A stretch of 32,000 bases of DNA from Candidatus Saccharimonadota bacterium (GTDB lineage: Bacteria > Patescibacteriota > Saccharimonadia > Saccharimonadales > Saccharimonadaceae): positions 240,001-272,000 of the forward strand of contig CP075337.1 of NCBI GenBank assembly GCA_025349965.1. Reading direction: 5' to 3'. Under the pieces are notes generated by a model. It had not been told where the DNA came from. It did no database searches and was given only the letters and a program-made list of their open reading frames with translations. The translations under genes were made by a program, and so were the position numbers. This document shows, in pieces, positions 1 to 9,075 of this stretch (position 1 is the stretch's first letter; each line of letters starts with the position of its first letter).

Positions 1-70
1 ATACAACAAGGGCAACTCCAAAGATGCTTGCCCATTTAATAAACTCGAGAAGATCAACACCGGGAATCAT
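1..70 (-). CDS. 5' end of an unidentified gene running off the left edge (hydrophobic N-terminus)
   Basis: Minus-strand ATG at 70..68 opens a frame to the window edge (MIPGVDLLEFIKWASIFGVALVV). TACAAT lies at 84..79, 8 nt upstream. Only 23 codons are visible and it is absent from the ORF track. Confidence 0.3.
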   Translation of the reverse strand, partial: MIPGVDLLEFIKWASIFGVALVV

Positions 71-205
71 ATTTACTTATTGTACTACGAAAAACTGCTG
101 ACGTGTAAGATATTTGGTTATTTCAGCTTTTCTTCAGAATCTTTGCCTATACTAAAGGTACAATATCAAATTTCCGTAAGGGTATCCAACGTAAGGAGGA
201 GAGAC

Positions 206-943
206 ATGGGAGATAAGATTAACGTAACGCTGCAGACACGTGAGCTGCAAGGCAAAAAAGTAGCACGGCTTCGCAAGGAAGGAATCGTTCCGGGGGTTGT
301 GTATGGACATGGCTTTGAGCCAATTCTTGTACAGTCGGACTATAATCCACTTGATAAGGTGGTGCGTGAGGCAGGCAAGCATAGTCCGGTTTATGCGGAC
401 ATTGATGGCAAGAAACGACTGACACTTATTAAAGATATTGATCGTGACCCTGTAAAGATGCGTATCCGCCATGTTGCATTCCATGCCGTGAAGGCGAATG
501 AGGTGGTGCATGCCGAAGTGCCAATCCGTTTGGTTGGCGAAGGTGAAAGCGAGGCCGAGAAAGCTGGGCTTATTGTACTTCAGGCAATTGAGTCAATTGA
601 AATTAAGGCGAAGCCGGCAGATCTTCCGGAGGCGCTTGAGATTTCTATCGAGGGCTTGCAGACGACAGAGGATAAGATACTACTGAGTGATATTACCCTA
701 CCTAAGGGCGTGGAGTATGCGGATATAGAGCAAGACCTCGAGCTTGTGGTAGCGAATGTATATGAACCAGCGGCGCTTGAAGCTGCGAATGAAGCAGCCG
801 CTGGTGAAGCTGAAGACGATCCAAGCACCGTTGAAGCAGAACATGGCAGCGACACGCCACAGGATACGCAGGCTGAAGAGTCTCGCCCGGGCGGAAAGCT
901 GCAGGATGAGCCGAAGCAATCGAACGTAGATGCCAATAAGTAG
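206..943 (+). CDS. rplY: 50S ribosomal protein L25 (long Ctc form) with an acidic low-complexity C-terminal tail
   Basis: ATG at 206 follows SD AAGGAGGA (193-200). The N-terminus LQTRELQGKKVARLRKEGIVPGVVYGHG is typical of L25/Ctc. The track ORF start at 80 is an upstream in-frame extension without an SD. Confidence 0.9.
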   Translation: MGDKINVTLQTRELQGKKVARLRKEGIVPGVVYGHGFEPILVQSDYNPLDKVVREAGKHSPVYADIDGKKRLTLIKDIDRDPVKMRIRHVAFHAVKANEVVHAEVPIRLVGEGESEAEKAGLIVLQAIESIEIKAKPADLPEALEISIEGLQTTEDKILLSDITLPKGVEYADIEQDLELVVANVYEPAALEAANEAAAGEAEDDPSTVEAEHGSDTPQDTQAEESRPGGKLQDEPKQSNVDANK

Positions 944-954
944 TAGCGAGTAAT

Positions 955-990
955 AAAAAATAGCCCCCGTGCGTGAGGGGCTATTTTTTA
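955..990. terminator. bidirectional rho-independent terminator shared by rplY (+) and the ABC exporter (-)
   Basis: 8-bp stem ATAGCCCC (960-967) / GGGGCTAT (977-984) with a 9-nt loop. It is flanked by an A-tract (955-960) and a T-tract (984-989). Confidence 0.8.
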
Positions 991-2760
991 TTCTTCTATG
1001 AAGCCGCCAGATTGATGCGACCAGAGCTTTGTGTATATACCCGATTTGTTTTTGAGTAGCTCGGAGTGTGAGCCATCTTCGATAATCTTTCCATTGTCCA
1101 TCACGACAATGCGGTCAAGCTTTGCGATAGTTGAAAGGCGGTGGGCGATAACGATACTGGTGCGGCCTTTCATCAGTTCATCAAGTGCTTTCTGGATAAG
1201 GATTTCCGACTCGCTATCAAGCGCGGACGTTGCTTCGTCGAGGATGAGAATTGGCGCATTCTTGAGAATGGCACGTGCAATAGCGATACGTTGGCGTTGT
1301 CCGCCAGAAAGCTTAACGCCGCGTTCGCCAACGATTGTATCGAGTCCTTCCGGAAGTTTTTCGATGAACTCAAGTGCGTGCGCCTTTTTAGCTGCGGCGA
1401 TAATTTCTTCATTGGTAGCTCCGATTTTTCCATAGCCAATATTTTCACGTAGTGAGCGATGGAAAAGTAATGGCTCCTGTGGAACATAGGCGATTTCATG
1501 ACGCAGGCTTTCCTGAGTTACCTTATGAATGTCCTGAGCATCGATAGAGATAGCGCCAGCGGATGTGTCATCAAACCGAAGCAGGAGCCGAGTGAGGGTT
1601 GTTTTACCGGCGCCAGATTTTCCTACAAGTCCTACCTTTTGCCCTCCGCTAATTGTGAGGTCAAGGCTGTCAAGCGCAGCTGCTTCGGTGTCTGGATAGT
1701 GGTATGTCATGTCATTGAAGGCAATCGTGCCACTCGAAACGGTTAATTTCTTTGCTTTTGGTGCGTCTTTGATTGTAGGGGTTTGCGTGAGGATTTCTGT
1801 CATTGGAGCTGCTTGGAGGAAGTATTTATCGTAGCCGTTGAGCATTTCGCCAAGGCTGAAAAGTTGTGATGCGACACGCTGAAGGTATGCTACCGTAAAG
1901 ACCGCAATTCCGACATCAACGCGCTTTTCAGATAAAAGCCACGCAAGGACGGCAATTGCTATGATCTGTGTAAGGACCGAAAGGAAGAGGCGTGCAGAGC
2001 CTTCAATTGACATCCACCTGAAGTCTTTATGGTAGATCTTTTTATATTTCGCACCTAATTTTGAAACAGTTGCTTCTTCGTGTTTTTCTTGGGCGAATGT
2101 TTTTACAGCCTGATTGTTGGTAATGATATCAGCAACTGAACCATTAAGTGTCGCTACCATTTCTTTGCGAGCATGACGAAGTGGCGCGCGTAATTTTAGG
2201 GAGATCTTAATCTGTATTGCCAGTAGAATCAGAAGACCGAGAATAATAAACCCAAGAATAGGCGCGTGGAGAAAGATAATCCCGATACCTATGCCAAACG
2301 ACAAGATAAAGCGCAGTGTTTGGATAATAATAAGATCCTGTAGGCCGACGTGCGTGTTAATGAAGTCAATGAATTTTCCGGTCAGGCCACCGATTTTCTG
2401 GTTAGCGAAGAAGTCGCTATCTTTTTGTAGGAGCGTGTGAAGTGTTGTATTGCGCAGTGATTGCGCAACGTTTGATTCGTGATGAATGAGTGCCTGGAAG
2501 CCAAGCATGTTAAAGCCAACGCCGATAACACCGGCGCCTGCTGAAAGCCAGAGAAGGTGAGAGATATTAGTATAGGTACCTTCTGCGAGTTGGCCGATAG
2601 TTACCGAGAGTAAATAGGGGAGAAAAGTATCAAGAAAAAGTGCTGCAAGCGGTATGGCAAGTAAGCTTGTAAAGAAGCTCGGTTTATATTTTTTAATTTC
2701 ATTCCAGTAGAGTCGAAGCGTTTGTCTGTTTGTTTTTGGCGATGGTTTTTGAGTGGCCAT
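988..2760 (-). CDS. ABC transporter, fused permease/ATP-binding protein (type I exporter, MsbA/MdlB-like)
   Basis: 590 aa with an N-terminal six-helix-type hydrophobic half. Walker A GKSGAGKTT, signature LSGGQRQR and Walker B ILILDEATS are present. SD GAGGAG lies upstream of the ATG at 2760. Confidence 0.9.
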   Translation of the reverse strand: MATQKPSPKTNRQTLRLYWNEIKKYKPSFFTSLLAIPLAALFLDTFLPYLLSVTIGQLAEGTYTNISHLLWLSAGAGVIGVGFNMLGFQALIHHESNVAQSLRNTTLHTLLQKDSDFFANQKIGGLTGKFIDFINTHVGLQDLIIIQTLRFILSFGIGIGIIFLHAPILGFIILGLLILLAIQIKISLKLRAPLRHARKEMVATLNGSVADIITNNQAVKTFAQEKHEEATVSKLGAKYKKIYHKDFRWMSIEGSARLFLSVLTQIIAIAVLAWLLSEKRVDVGIAVFTVAYLQRVASQLFSLGEMLNGYDKYFLQAAPMTEILTQTPTIKDAPKAKKLTVSSGTIAFNDMTYHYPDTEAAALDSLDLTISGGQKVGLVGKSGAGKTTLTRLLLRFDDTSAGAISIDAQDIHKVTQESLRHEIAYVPQEPLLFHRSLRENIGYGKIGATNEEIIAAAKKAHALEFIEKLPEGLDTIVGERGVKLSGGQRQRIAIARAILKNAPILILDEATSALDSESEILIQKALDELMKGRTSIVIAHRLSTIAKLDRIVVMDNGKIIEDGSHSELLKNKSGIYTKLWSHQSGGFIEE

Positions 2761-2948
2761 AAAGAATATCTCCTCGTGTAAGTGTTTTGATAGTTTTCGG
2801 TTTCAGTGGTTCGCTTTTGAGCGTCAATGGACACTTGCAAAAGGTTGAACATAAATAGACCAGCATCAACGGGATTTCCGTCTGCATGTAGTACCCCTTA
2901 GTATACCGAAACAATAGGGGTGAGTAAATAGCTTTTTCCTCAAAAATA

Positions 2949-2957
2949 TGCTACAAT
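2949..2957 (+). promoter_or_regulatory. extended -10 element (TGcTACAAT) 7 nt upstream of the trhO ATG; leaderless geometry
   Basis: TG at 2949-2950 and TACAAT at 2952-2957. The gap 2958-2964 has no SD, and the ATG is at 2965. Confidence 0.55.
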
Positions 2958-2964
2958 AAGTGTC

Positions 2965-3876
2965 ATGCAAAAAATCCTTCTTTATTACAAATTCACGCCA
3001 CTTTCTGATCCGGAGGCGGTCAAGCTGTGGCAGAAATCTCTTTGTGATAGTCTTAATCTCAAAGGTCGTATTCTTGTGAGTAAGCACGGGCTCAACGGAA
3101 CTGTCGGCGGTGAAGTCGATGATCTAAAGGCGTATGTCAAAGCTACGAAACAGCTCCCTGGTTTCAAGGATATCGTGTTTAAGTGGAGTGATGGCTCTCG
3201 AGATGATTTCCCGCGTATGAGCGTAAAGCATCGTCGCGAACTTGTTGGCTTCCAGAATAGCGAAGATGAATTTGACGTTAATATGGACGGCGTCATTGGC
3301 GGTGGTACACATCTTAAGCCTAAGCAGGTGAATGAGCTGGTTGAAAAGTATGGCGATGACGTCGTGTTCTTTGATGGACGTAATGCGCACGAGGCGAAGA
3401 TTGGCAAGTTCAAGAATGCGGTTGTGCCAAATACTAATACTTCACGAGATTTCATTGCTGAGCTTGAAAGTGATAAGTATGATGACATCAAGGATAAGAA
3501 GGTAGTGACCTACTGTACTGGTGGTATTCGCTGTGAAGTTATTTCAGCCATGATGAAGAAGCGTGGCTTCAAGGACGTCTATCAAATTGATGGTGGTATT
3601 GTGAAATATGGTGAAGCCTACGGCGACGACGGACTCTGGGAAGGGCACCTCCGTGTCTTTGATGACCGTATGACGGTGACTTTTAGTGATGATGCGAAGA
3701 CGATTGGTGAGTGTACGCATTGTAGCGGCAAGACAAGTAACTTCGAGAACTGTGCCCACACTGAATGTAATGACTTGGTGCTTATTTGCGAGAACTGCAA
3801 AGAGAACCCTGATCTTCTCTTCCATACAGCAATATGTAAAGAGAAGCACGAAGCAAAGCGCGCAGTTGCTGCATAA
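2965..3876 (+). CDS. trhO: rhodanese-domain UPF0176/YceA-family protein (tRNA uridine(34) hydroxylase TrhO)
   Basis: N-terminus [23 protein letters not shown]...[16 protein letters not shown]. Rhodanese active-site loop YCTGGIRCE and a C-terminal Cys-rich tail (CTHCSGK...CENC) are present. Confidence 0.85.
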   Translation: MQKILLYYKFTPLSDPEAVKLWQKSLCDSLNLKGRILVSKHGLNGTVGGEVDDLKAYVKATKQLPGFKDIVFKWSDGSRDDFPRMSVKHRRELVGFQNSEDEFDVNMDGVIGGGTHLKPKQVNELVEKYGDDVVFFDGRNAHEAKIGKFKNAVVPNTNTSRDFIAELESDKYDDIKDKKVVTYCTGGIRCEVISAMMKKRGFKDVYQIDGGIVKYGEAYGDDGLWEGHLRVFDDRMTVTFSDDAKTIGECTHCSGKTSNFENCAHTECNDLVLICENCKENPDLLFHTAICKEKHEAKRAVAA

Positions 3877-3945
3877 AATTTAGTCCACTATTAATATTCC
3901 GTAGGGCGGAGTATACTAGAGCCACAACATAACTAAGGAGTGTGT

Positions 3946-4500
3946 ATGGCAAAAAAAGATGATAGTTCACTAGCGAAACAGCTACTCGGGCTTGCAATTG
4001 CACAAGGTGTGCTTGCAGTATTATTTGGCGTGGTTGCCCTGTTCCTACCAGGTCTCACCGTAGCGCTTTTATTGCTCTTTTTTGGTATTTTTGTGTTGGT
4101 ATGGGGTATTGTTGGCCTCATTATCAGCCTGTCACGTATTAGTTCGTATAAATTTTGGTGGCTCGAGTTAATCTTTAGCCTCCTTGCAATTGGCCTTGCC
4201 GTGTATGTACTACGCAACCCAGTTGATACTGCGGCTTTCTTCGTCGTAGTTATCGGCTTGACGTTCTTGGTTCGCGGGGTTATTGACCTACTTCAAGGTC
4301 TCTTTGATGGCGAAGCGGATGGAAATGACCGTGCGTTCCATGTTATTGTCGGTGTACTTGGTGTGGTTGCGGGTATTATTGCCCTTCTTCACCCTGTCAG
4401 CGCGGGTGTTGCGGTTGTGTGGGTCGTTGGACTCTACGCAATCCTTTACGGATCACTCATGATTGCGTTTGCCTTCAAGGCGCAAGAATCACTTAAATAA
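3946..4500 (+). CDS. HdeD/DUF308-like integral membrane protein
   Basis: About 184 aa made of repeated hydrophobic helices with small loops, an HdeD-like pattern. SD AAGGAG (3935-3940) sits 5 nt before the ATG at 3946, which I prefer over the track's GTG at 3940. TATACT lies at 3912-3917. Confidence 0.7.
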   Translation: MAKKDDSSLAKQLLGLAIAQGVLAVLFGVVALFLPGLTVALLLLFFGIFVLVWGIVGLIISLSRISSYKFWWLELIFSLLAIGLAVYVLRNPVDTAAFFVVVIGLTFLVRGVIDLLQGLFDGEADGNDRAFHVIVGVLGVVAGIIALLHPVSAGVAVVWVVGLYAILYGSLMIAFAFKAQESLK

Positions 4501-4516
4501 GTATTTTTGGTAAAAC

Positions 4517-4550
4517 AAAAATCCGCTAGTCGTAGGAGCTAGCGGATTTT
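4517..4550. terminator. bidirectional rho-independent terminator between convergent genes
   Basis: Stem ATCCGCTAG (4521-4529) / CTAGCGGAT (4539-4547) with a 9-nt loop, an A-run before it and a T-run after it. Confidence 0.8.
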
Positions 4551-4555
4551 ATTTG

Positions 4556-4768
4556 TTAGAAGGCTTGGCAGATAATCCAGATGGTTATTGCCACGGCGAT
4601 ACAGAAGAGGCCAAGACCAACCGGTGAACCCCAGCTGAACCAGCTTCCCCAGGCGCGCCAATGCTTGAGCGGCTCTGAGTTCCAGTTGTAGTCAGCTGTG
4701 TCGCGGATAACCTTATCGACGACTGCTTTCCTGTATTGTTCTTTTTCTTCTGGTGTCATTTTTGACAT
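4556..4768 (-). CDS. small (70 aa) C-terminally anchored membrane protein, unknown function
   Basis: SD AGGAGA lies 6 nt upstream of the ATG at 4768. The N-terminus is charged, followed by a Trp-rich segment (HWRAWGSWFSWGS) and one C-terminal TM helix. It ends at the bidirectional terminator. Confidence 0.55.
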   Translation of the reverse strand: MSKMTPEEKEQYRKAVVDKVIRDTADYNWNSEPLKHWRAWGSWFSWGSPVGLGLFCIAVAITIWIICQAF

Positions 4769-4909
4769 AACAGATCTCCTAATGAGTAAATATACCCCCT
4801 AGAGATAAAATAGTAGTGCCGATGGCAAGGTGTTCCCGGGGAAGGACTTGCTGTTGATTCGGTCTTATGTACTACGGATAGTATAGCACTATTATATAAT
4901 GATATATAG

Positions 4910-6475
4910 ATGAACACAGAACTGCAGGAGAAATTGAAGACGTTACCACGCTCACCGGGGGTTTATTTTCATAAATCAAAATCGGGTGAGATTATTTACG
5001 TCGGCAAGGCTGCGGTTTTGAAGAATCGCGTGAGGCAGTATTTCCAGAGCAAAAAAGATATGGATGTGAAAACTCGTGCATTAGTGGATGAAATTCACGA
5101 TACCGACTGGGTTGAGGTAGAGAGTGAGTTAGATGCTCTTTTTCTAGAGTCCGAGATGGTAAAGCGGTACATGCCACGCTATAACATTCTCCTCCGCGAT
5201 GATAAATCTCAAACGTTTGTTCGTATTGACATGAAGAGTGAATGGCCAACAGTCTCATTTACGCGCAATCCGCTTGATGACGGAGCGGACTATTTCGGAC
5301 CTTACTATAATGGCTTTGCGGTAAAAAAAGCACTTCGTTATTTAAGAAAGATTTTTCCGTATTATACGAAACCGCCCAAGGAAGGAGTACGCCCGGATCT
5401 TGATGCGCATATTGGGCTTAGTCCGCGCCCGGGTATTGAATCGACTGAGTACAAAGCTGATCTTCGCCAACTCATGCTGTATATAAAGGGTGGGCGCAAG
5501 AAGATTATCCAGGAAATCGAGAAGAAGATGAAACAGGCTGCGAAAGATCAAAATTTTGAGATGGCTGTACTGTATCGCAATCAGCTGCGTGATATGCAGG
5601 CGCTTCAGCAGAAAATAATGTTTGGCGATAAAGAATTCATGGATATCAGCAAAGACAAGGCGCTCGTAGACCTGCGTGATTTATTGGGATTGGCGAAAGC
5701 GCCAGCTCGCATAGAAGGCTATGACATTAGTCATATGAGTGGCAAGAATGTCGTGGCGAGTATGGTGGTGTTTACGAACGGTGCAAGTGATCGTGCCGAG
5801 TATCGTAAGTTTAAAGTAAGCGAACGAAATGATGACTATGCGAATATATATGAAGTAATCCACCGTCGTTTTAGTGAAAAGAATATTAAAAGCTGGGGTA
5901 TGCCAGATCTTCTATTGATTGACGGCGGGAAGGGGCAGTTGGAGTCGGCTATTGTTGCGCTTGCGGAACGCAAGGTGAAAGTGCCAGTAGTCAGTGTCGC
6001 CAAGCGAGATGAAGCCTTGATTATTCATGAGTCTGATTCTCACGTGGGGATTTGGATGCTGCGACAATATTTACGCGATAAAAAAGTTGATGCTGGGGTC
6101 GCGGTTATAAAATCAGGTGCGTTTTACGAAGTGAACCTCCATGCTGGACAGCACAATGCATCTGGGCACTCGAAGAATCTTCGCGGTATTACAGCTGCGC
6201 CCGCACGATATGTTCATGTGACGAAGCTGATTCAGCGTGTGCGCGATGAGTCGCATCGTTTTGCAGTGAGTTATCATACGGTACTGAAGCGTACGGGCCA
6301 AATAAAGAGTCAACTGGAGGACGTAACAGGGATTGGTCCTGCTACACGACGCAAGCTTATTAAGACGTTTGGTAGTATGCGGGGTATTGAGCAGTCGAGC
6401 GAGGCCGAAATTGCGAAAAGTATCGGATCTGCAAAGGCGAAATTGGTGTGGCAATATTTTAAACAGCAAGGATAA
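4910..6475 (+). CDS. uvrC: excinuclease ABC subunit C
   Basis: GIY-YIG N-terminus (PGVYFHKSKSGEIIYVGKA...RYMPRYN). A UVR-type helix (FEMAVLYRNQLRDMQAL), an RNase-H-like endonuclease core and a C-terminal HhH (DVTGIGPATRRKLIKTFGS) follow. At 521 aa it is shorter than the roughly 600 aa typical length. Confidence 0.9.
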   Translation: MNTELQEKLKTLPRSPGVYFHKSKSGEIIYVGKAAVLKNRVRQYFQSKKDMDVKTRALVDEIHDTDWVEVESELDALFLESEMVKRYMPRYNILLRDDKSQTFVRIDMKSEWPTVSFTRNPLDDGADYFGPYYNGFAVKKALRYLRKIFPYYTKPPKEGVRPDLDAHIGLSPRPGIESTEYKADLRQLMLYIKGGRKKIIQEIEKKMKQAAKDQNFEMAVLYRNQLRDMQALQQKIMFGDKEFMDISKDKALVDLRDLLGLAKAPARIEGYDISHMSGKNVVASMVVFTNGASDRAEYRKFKVSERNDDYANIYEVIHRRFSEKNIKSWGMPDLLLIDGGKGQLESAIVALAERKVKVPVVSVAKRDEALIIHESDSHVGIWMLRQYLRDKKVDAGVAVIKSGAFYEVNLHAGQHNASGHSKNLRGITAAPARYVHVTKLIQRVRDESHRFAVSYHTVLKRTGQIKSQLEDVTGIGPATRRKLIKTFGSMRGIEQSSEAEIAKSIGSAKAKLVWQYFKQQG

Positions 6476-6479
6476 GCAG

Positions 6480-6485
6480 TATACT
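6480..6485 (+). promoter_or_regulatory. -10 element (TATACT) 7 nt upstream of the pilin-like gene ATG; leaderless geometry
   Basis: TATACT at 6480-6485. The 7-nt gap has no SD and the ATG is at 6493. The element lies just after the uvrC stop (6473-6475). Confidence 0.45.
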
Positions 6486-6492
6486 GATATAT

Positions 6493-7191
6493 ATGGATAG
6501 CCTGTCGCTTATTGGTGGAAATGAAGGCCGAAAAGGATTTACGATTGTTGAACTGACAATCGTTATTGCTGTCATAGGTATTCTAGTGGCGGTTGGGATT
6601 ATTGGATATGGTCCATGGCAGAAGAGCGTTCGCACAAATCAAGTGAAGAGTGATTTAAAGTCTGCCGCTGCCGCGATGGAAGACGCGCGTAACTTTTCTA
6701 ATGAGTATCCGGCGTCGGTGGGGGATGTTTTCTCTTCAGGCGGCGATGTGCAGCTGACGGGTGGAAGGATGTCTTCAGATACATTTTGTATAACGGGAAA
6801 GAGCGTCAAAGATTCTTCCATTGTGTTCAAGGTTGGCGCAAAAAGCACGGACCCGGCTGCGGGCGAGTGCGTTCAGATGGTAATGAGTTGTGCTGATTCG
6901 ATTTTTTATCAACCTTTTATGAGGGGCTTATATGTAAAATTTGATTGCGCAACGCCGACCGCCTCGGAGTACAAGCTATACTACCGTGATAATAGAGGTT
7001 CGGGTTGGGTTGAAGTAGGGCTGGCTTCTCCCGATGCAAGTGGCTGGTATTTTTTCGATGAAAACTCTCCTCTGACGCTATCCTATATGGATGACCAGAG
7101 TGGCGCACATGGTGGTGCGGTCAAGTTTACTGCAGTTGGTTCTGATGGGTCTGCTGAAGATGTTATAAACTATGGGGCGATACAGGAGTAG
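6493..7191 (+). CDS. type IV pilin-like protein (prepilin N-terminal cleavage/methylation domain) with an extra C-terminal domain
   Basis: Leader MDSLSLIGGNEGRKG followed by FTIVELTIVIAVIGILVAVGIIGY. This gives the G/F cleavage site, Glu at +5 and the hydrophobic alpha-1 helix. About 100 additional C-terminal residues and 4 Cys follow. Confidence 0.8.
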   Translation: MDSLSLIGGNEGRKGFTIVELTIVIAVIGILVAVGIIGYGPWQKSVRTNQVKSDLKSAAAAMEDARNFSNEYPASVGDVFSSGGDVQLTGGRMSSDTFCITGKSVKDSSIVFKVGAKSTDPAAGECVQMVMSCADSIFYQPFMRGLYVKFDCATPTASEYKLYYRDNRGSGWVEVGLASPDASGWYFFDENSPLTLSYMDDQSGAHGGAVKFTAVGSDGSAEDVINYGAIQE

Positions 7192-7196
7192 TGGCT

Positions 7197-8399
7197 ATGA
7201 GTAGGACTCTTGAGTCGGTTTCTCGCCTTCGGTCGCGTATGGGAGGTGGCATCGTTGTACTTACTGCGTTCGATCTCGTCCAGCAGTCGCGTGACGGCGC
7301 GGGCCCCTTTTTACAGGAAGCGAACTTCTATTGGGTGACTGGTATTGATGAGCCGGGCTGGAAGTGTATCATTACGGGAGATTTCTTCTATCTCGTTAGT
7401 CCGGAAAAAGATGCGGTTCATCAGGTATTTGAGGGTGGAATGGATACTGAAGAGGCCCTCCGCACTAGTGGAGCTGACCGAGTGCTTTCCGCTGAAGAGG
7501 GTGATGCTTTATTGAAAAAACTTTCTCTGCAGCATGATGCGGTGTTTACTCTAGGCGAAGATCCACATGCTGAGCACTATAACTTTACGCTTAACCCTGC
7601 CCCTCGTCTCTTGCATGAGAAACTAAGAGGTATATTTACACGTGTTGAGGATTGTCGTTTAGTCTTATCGAAGCTACGAGCTATTAAGACCAATGAAGAA
7701 ATTGGACTTATTCGCAAAGCTATTGCCTACACGCAGAGTGCATTCTTGAGTGTACGTTCTGGCATGGCGAATGGTACCTTTTCTTATGAGTATGAAATAG
7801 AGGCGCAGTTTATCTATGAGATGCGCCGTCAAGGGGTGAATGGTCATGCATACGAGCCGATTGTAGCAGGTGCCACTAACGCGTTGACACTTCACTACTC
7901 GCAGAATAGTCAGCCGTTACCTAAAGATGGGCTCGTGCTTATGGATGTAGGGGCTCGTGTCGGTGGGTATGCCGCCGATATTACACGGACATACCCTATT
8001 GGTAAACCATCAGAACGTGAGCGGGCGGTGCATGCTGCGGTTGAAGAGGCTCATTATAGAATTATCGCTCTCATTAAGCCGGGTGTTTCGTTGCGGGAGT
8101 ATCAAGATATGAGCGATGATATTATGAAGGATGCGCTGCAGGGGCTGGGATTGTTGGAGGATCGATCGGATACTGAAACGTATCGAAAATATTTCCCGCA
8201 TGCGATAAGCCACGGGCTCGGTATTGATGTTCACGAGTCTCTTGCTGGGTATGAGTCATTTCGGCCAGGGATGGTGCTGACAGTGGAGCCTGGTATCTAT
8301 ATTCCAGACGAGGGCATCGGAGTTCGCATAGAAGACGATATTCTTGTTACTACTGAAGGTAACGAGAATTTAAGCCGTAATCTTCCAGCCGCCCTTTAG
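7197..8399 (+). CDS. Xaa-Pro aminopeptidase/dipeptidase, peptidase family M24B
   Basis: Metal-ligand motifs DVGARVGGYAADITRT, HGLGIDVHE and VEPGIY...GVRIEDD. AGGAG (7184-7188) sits 8 nt before the ATG at 7197. The GTG at 7191 overlapping the upstream stop is the alternative start. Confidence 0.85.
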   Translation: MSRTLESVSRLRSRMGGGIVVLTAFDLVQQSRDGAGPFLQEANFYWVTGIDEPGWKCIITGDFFYLVSPEKDAVHQVFEGGMDTEEALRTSGADRVLSAEEGDALLKKLSLQHDAVFTLGEDPHAEHYNFTLNPAPRLLHEKLRGIFTRVEDCRLVLSKLRAIKTNEEIGLIRKAIAYTQSAFLSVRSGMANGTFSYEYEIEAQFIYEMRRQGVNGHAYEPIVAGATNALTLHYSQNSQPLPKDGLVLMDVGARVGGYAADITRTYPIGKPSERERAVHAAVEEAHYRIIALIKPGVSLREYQDMSDDIMKDALQGLGLLEDRSDTETYRKYFPHAISHGLGIDVHESLAGYESFRPGMVLTVEPGIYIPDEGIGVRIEDDILVTTEGNENLSRNLPAAL

Positions 8400-8416
8400 G
8401 GGTCAAGACTGTACGA

Positions 8417-8444
8417 TACATAGTGTAGCGTGGTACACTATGTA
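8417..8444. repeat. perfect 11-bp inverted repeat (TACATAGTGTA-6 nt-TACACTATGTA) overlapping a TGgTACACT -10-like element
   Basis: Arms at 8417-8427 and 8434-8444 with spacer GCGTGG. The right arm contains TGG TACACT (8431-8439), 10 nt before the ATG at 8450. Confidence 0.6.
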
Positions 8445-8449
8445 CTAGT

Positions 8450-8848
8450 ATGAGGCAGCAATTTTTAACTTTTCTTGTTCGGTGGGCCCTTAATAGCCTA
8501 GGACTTTGGGTAGCCGTACGACTACTTGGCACGGGGCATCATAACGTTGATGTAACGGCTGGGTTTTGGGGGTTTCTTTTTGCAGGACTTATCTTTTCTT
8601 TGGTGAATAGTCTACTGAAGCCACTTTTGGTAATTGTATCGCTACCGGCTATACTTTTGACGCTTGGCCTTTTTACTGTTGTTGTAAACGGTATACTTGT
8701 ATATATATCACTTGCACTTGCTCCTGGCCTTTCTATGACATTTGGCAACTCAATTATTACAGGAATTATCCTGAGTTTGGTAAACTATATAGTAGGTGCA
8801 GCTGTTGAAGTTCGGACAGAGAATATGAGGAGAAACTATGTCGATTAA
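8450..8848 (+). CDS. phage-holin-family-4-like (YvlD/DUF360-type) small membrane protein
   Basis: 132 aa with 4 predicted TM helices. The pattern WALNSLGLWVAVRLL...FLFAGLIFSLVNSLLKPLLVIVSLPAILLTLGLFTVVVNG is typical of this chromosomal family. Confidence 0.7.
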   Translation: MRQQFLTFLVRWALNSLGLWVAVRLLGTGHHNVDVTAGFWGFLFAGLIFSLVNSLLKPLLVIVSLPAILLTLGLFTVVVNGILVYISLALAPGLSMTFGNSIITGIILSLVNYIVGAAVEVRTENMRRNYVD

Positions 8849-9065
8849 TGAGATTCTACAAATTGTAATGATTGGTTCAGCGGTTTTGCTGGTTATAGCT
8901 ATTATTTTGCAACAGCGTGGTGCAACGCTTGGCGCTGGGTTTGGTAGCTCTGGTGAGCTTTACACAACTCGTCGAGGTGTTGATAAGAACCTTTTTGAAG
9001 CAACGATTGTGCTTGCGGTTATTTTCGTAGTATCAATCTTGGCTGGTCTACTCATTCCTGCCTAG
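8838..9065 (+). CDS. secG: preprotein translocase subunit SecG
   Basis: 75 aa with two TM helices separated by a Gly-rich loop (ILQQRGATLGAGFGSSGELYTTRRG). It overlaps the upstream gene by 11 nt. Confidence 0.8.
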   Translation: MSINEILQIVMIGSAVLLVIAIILQQRGATLGAGFGSSGELYTTRRGVDKNLFEATIVLAVIFVVSILAGLLIPA

Positions 9066-9075
9066 GAAGGGGAGC

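Noticed and set aside
80-205. N-terminal extensions proposed by the ORF track: 80-205 for rplY, 18207-18275 for the hydrolase, 24161-24286 for the DUF3592-like gene, 26152-26211 for the membrane protein, and 23073-23084 for htrA.
   Set aside because: The internal ATG starts have proper SDs or signal-peptide logic. The 24161 extension would be translated through two tRNA genes. The 23084 TTG lies inside the SD itself.
4910-6475. UvrC is only 521 aa against roughly 600 aa in model bacteria, which raised the possibility of truncation or a pseudogene.
   Set aside because: GIY-YIG, the UVR helix, the endonuclease core and the C-terminal HhH are all recognisable in one uninterrupted frame. The shorter length is consistent with compact linkers in a small genome.
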